A stretch of 64,000 bases of DNA from contig NC_043003.1 of NCBI RefSeq assembly GCF_006345805.1, positions 97,278,001 through 97,342,000 on the forward strand, given 5' to 3'. Positions 63,770 to 64,000 of this stretch are shown in pieces. The DNA comes from Octopus sinensis. Taxonomy: Eukaryota. The notes below the pieces were generated by a model that was not told the origin of the DNA, did no database searches, and was given only the letters and a program-made list of their open reading frames with translations. Made by a program: the position numbers and the translations under genes. Position 1 is the first letter of the stretch; the number at the start of each line of letters is the position of its first letter.

Positions 63770-64000
63770 TGGGGCTTATAAGAACTAAACAACAGGCTTG
63801 TAAGGGTTAAACATTTGACCCATCTCTTGCAAACATTCCTGACTTTTTCAAATCTTTATTATCATCTTTCAAAACTGATTAAAATTTCTATGATTTAGTT
63901 CAGAGTTCCCCTTACTCATTCATAGATATGACCATGTGTCCTTGATCTTAATATTTTAGTCGTTCTTTCCTTCATCTCTCACACAGCTACACGACTAGGT

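Overview
AT-rich, microsatellite-dense eukaryotic DNA, very likely Octopus. This is inferred from the SINE families, a single-exon C2H2 gene with an octopus-type N-terminus and TA/ATGT/AGAT arrays; no database was searched. Two host genes are supported: the last two coding exons of a DUR3-like urea/Na+:solute symporter (+, 16-491 spliced in phase to 4250-4887) and an 11-finger C2H2 zinc-finger gene (-, 39402-40430). The rest is mostly mobile DNA: an RTE-type LINE with an uninterrupted 1050-aa EN-RT ORF carrying a PHD finger inside the RT region, five 5'-truncated relatives, a complete decayed IR/DR Tc1, mariner, Dong/R4, Chapaev3-like, piggyBac-like MITE and Helentron-like remnants, and about 25 tRNA-derived SINEs. 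The most interesting signals are: (1) hammerhead-ribozyme motifs in short TA-embedded Penelope-like termini, including a 165-bp palindrome with a complete type I hammerhead on each strand and neighbouring fold-backs; (2) a 1.7-kb locally templated insertion that splits a SINE and creates a kb-scale inverted repeat; (3) the intact PHD-bearing LINE, preceded by a 33-bp ETS-site minisatellite and a candidate in-frame 117-nt intron; (4) an RTE copy with twin-priming inversion geometry; (5) an old ~200-bp satellite. Boundaries were counted by eye and may be off by a few bases for decayed repeats.
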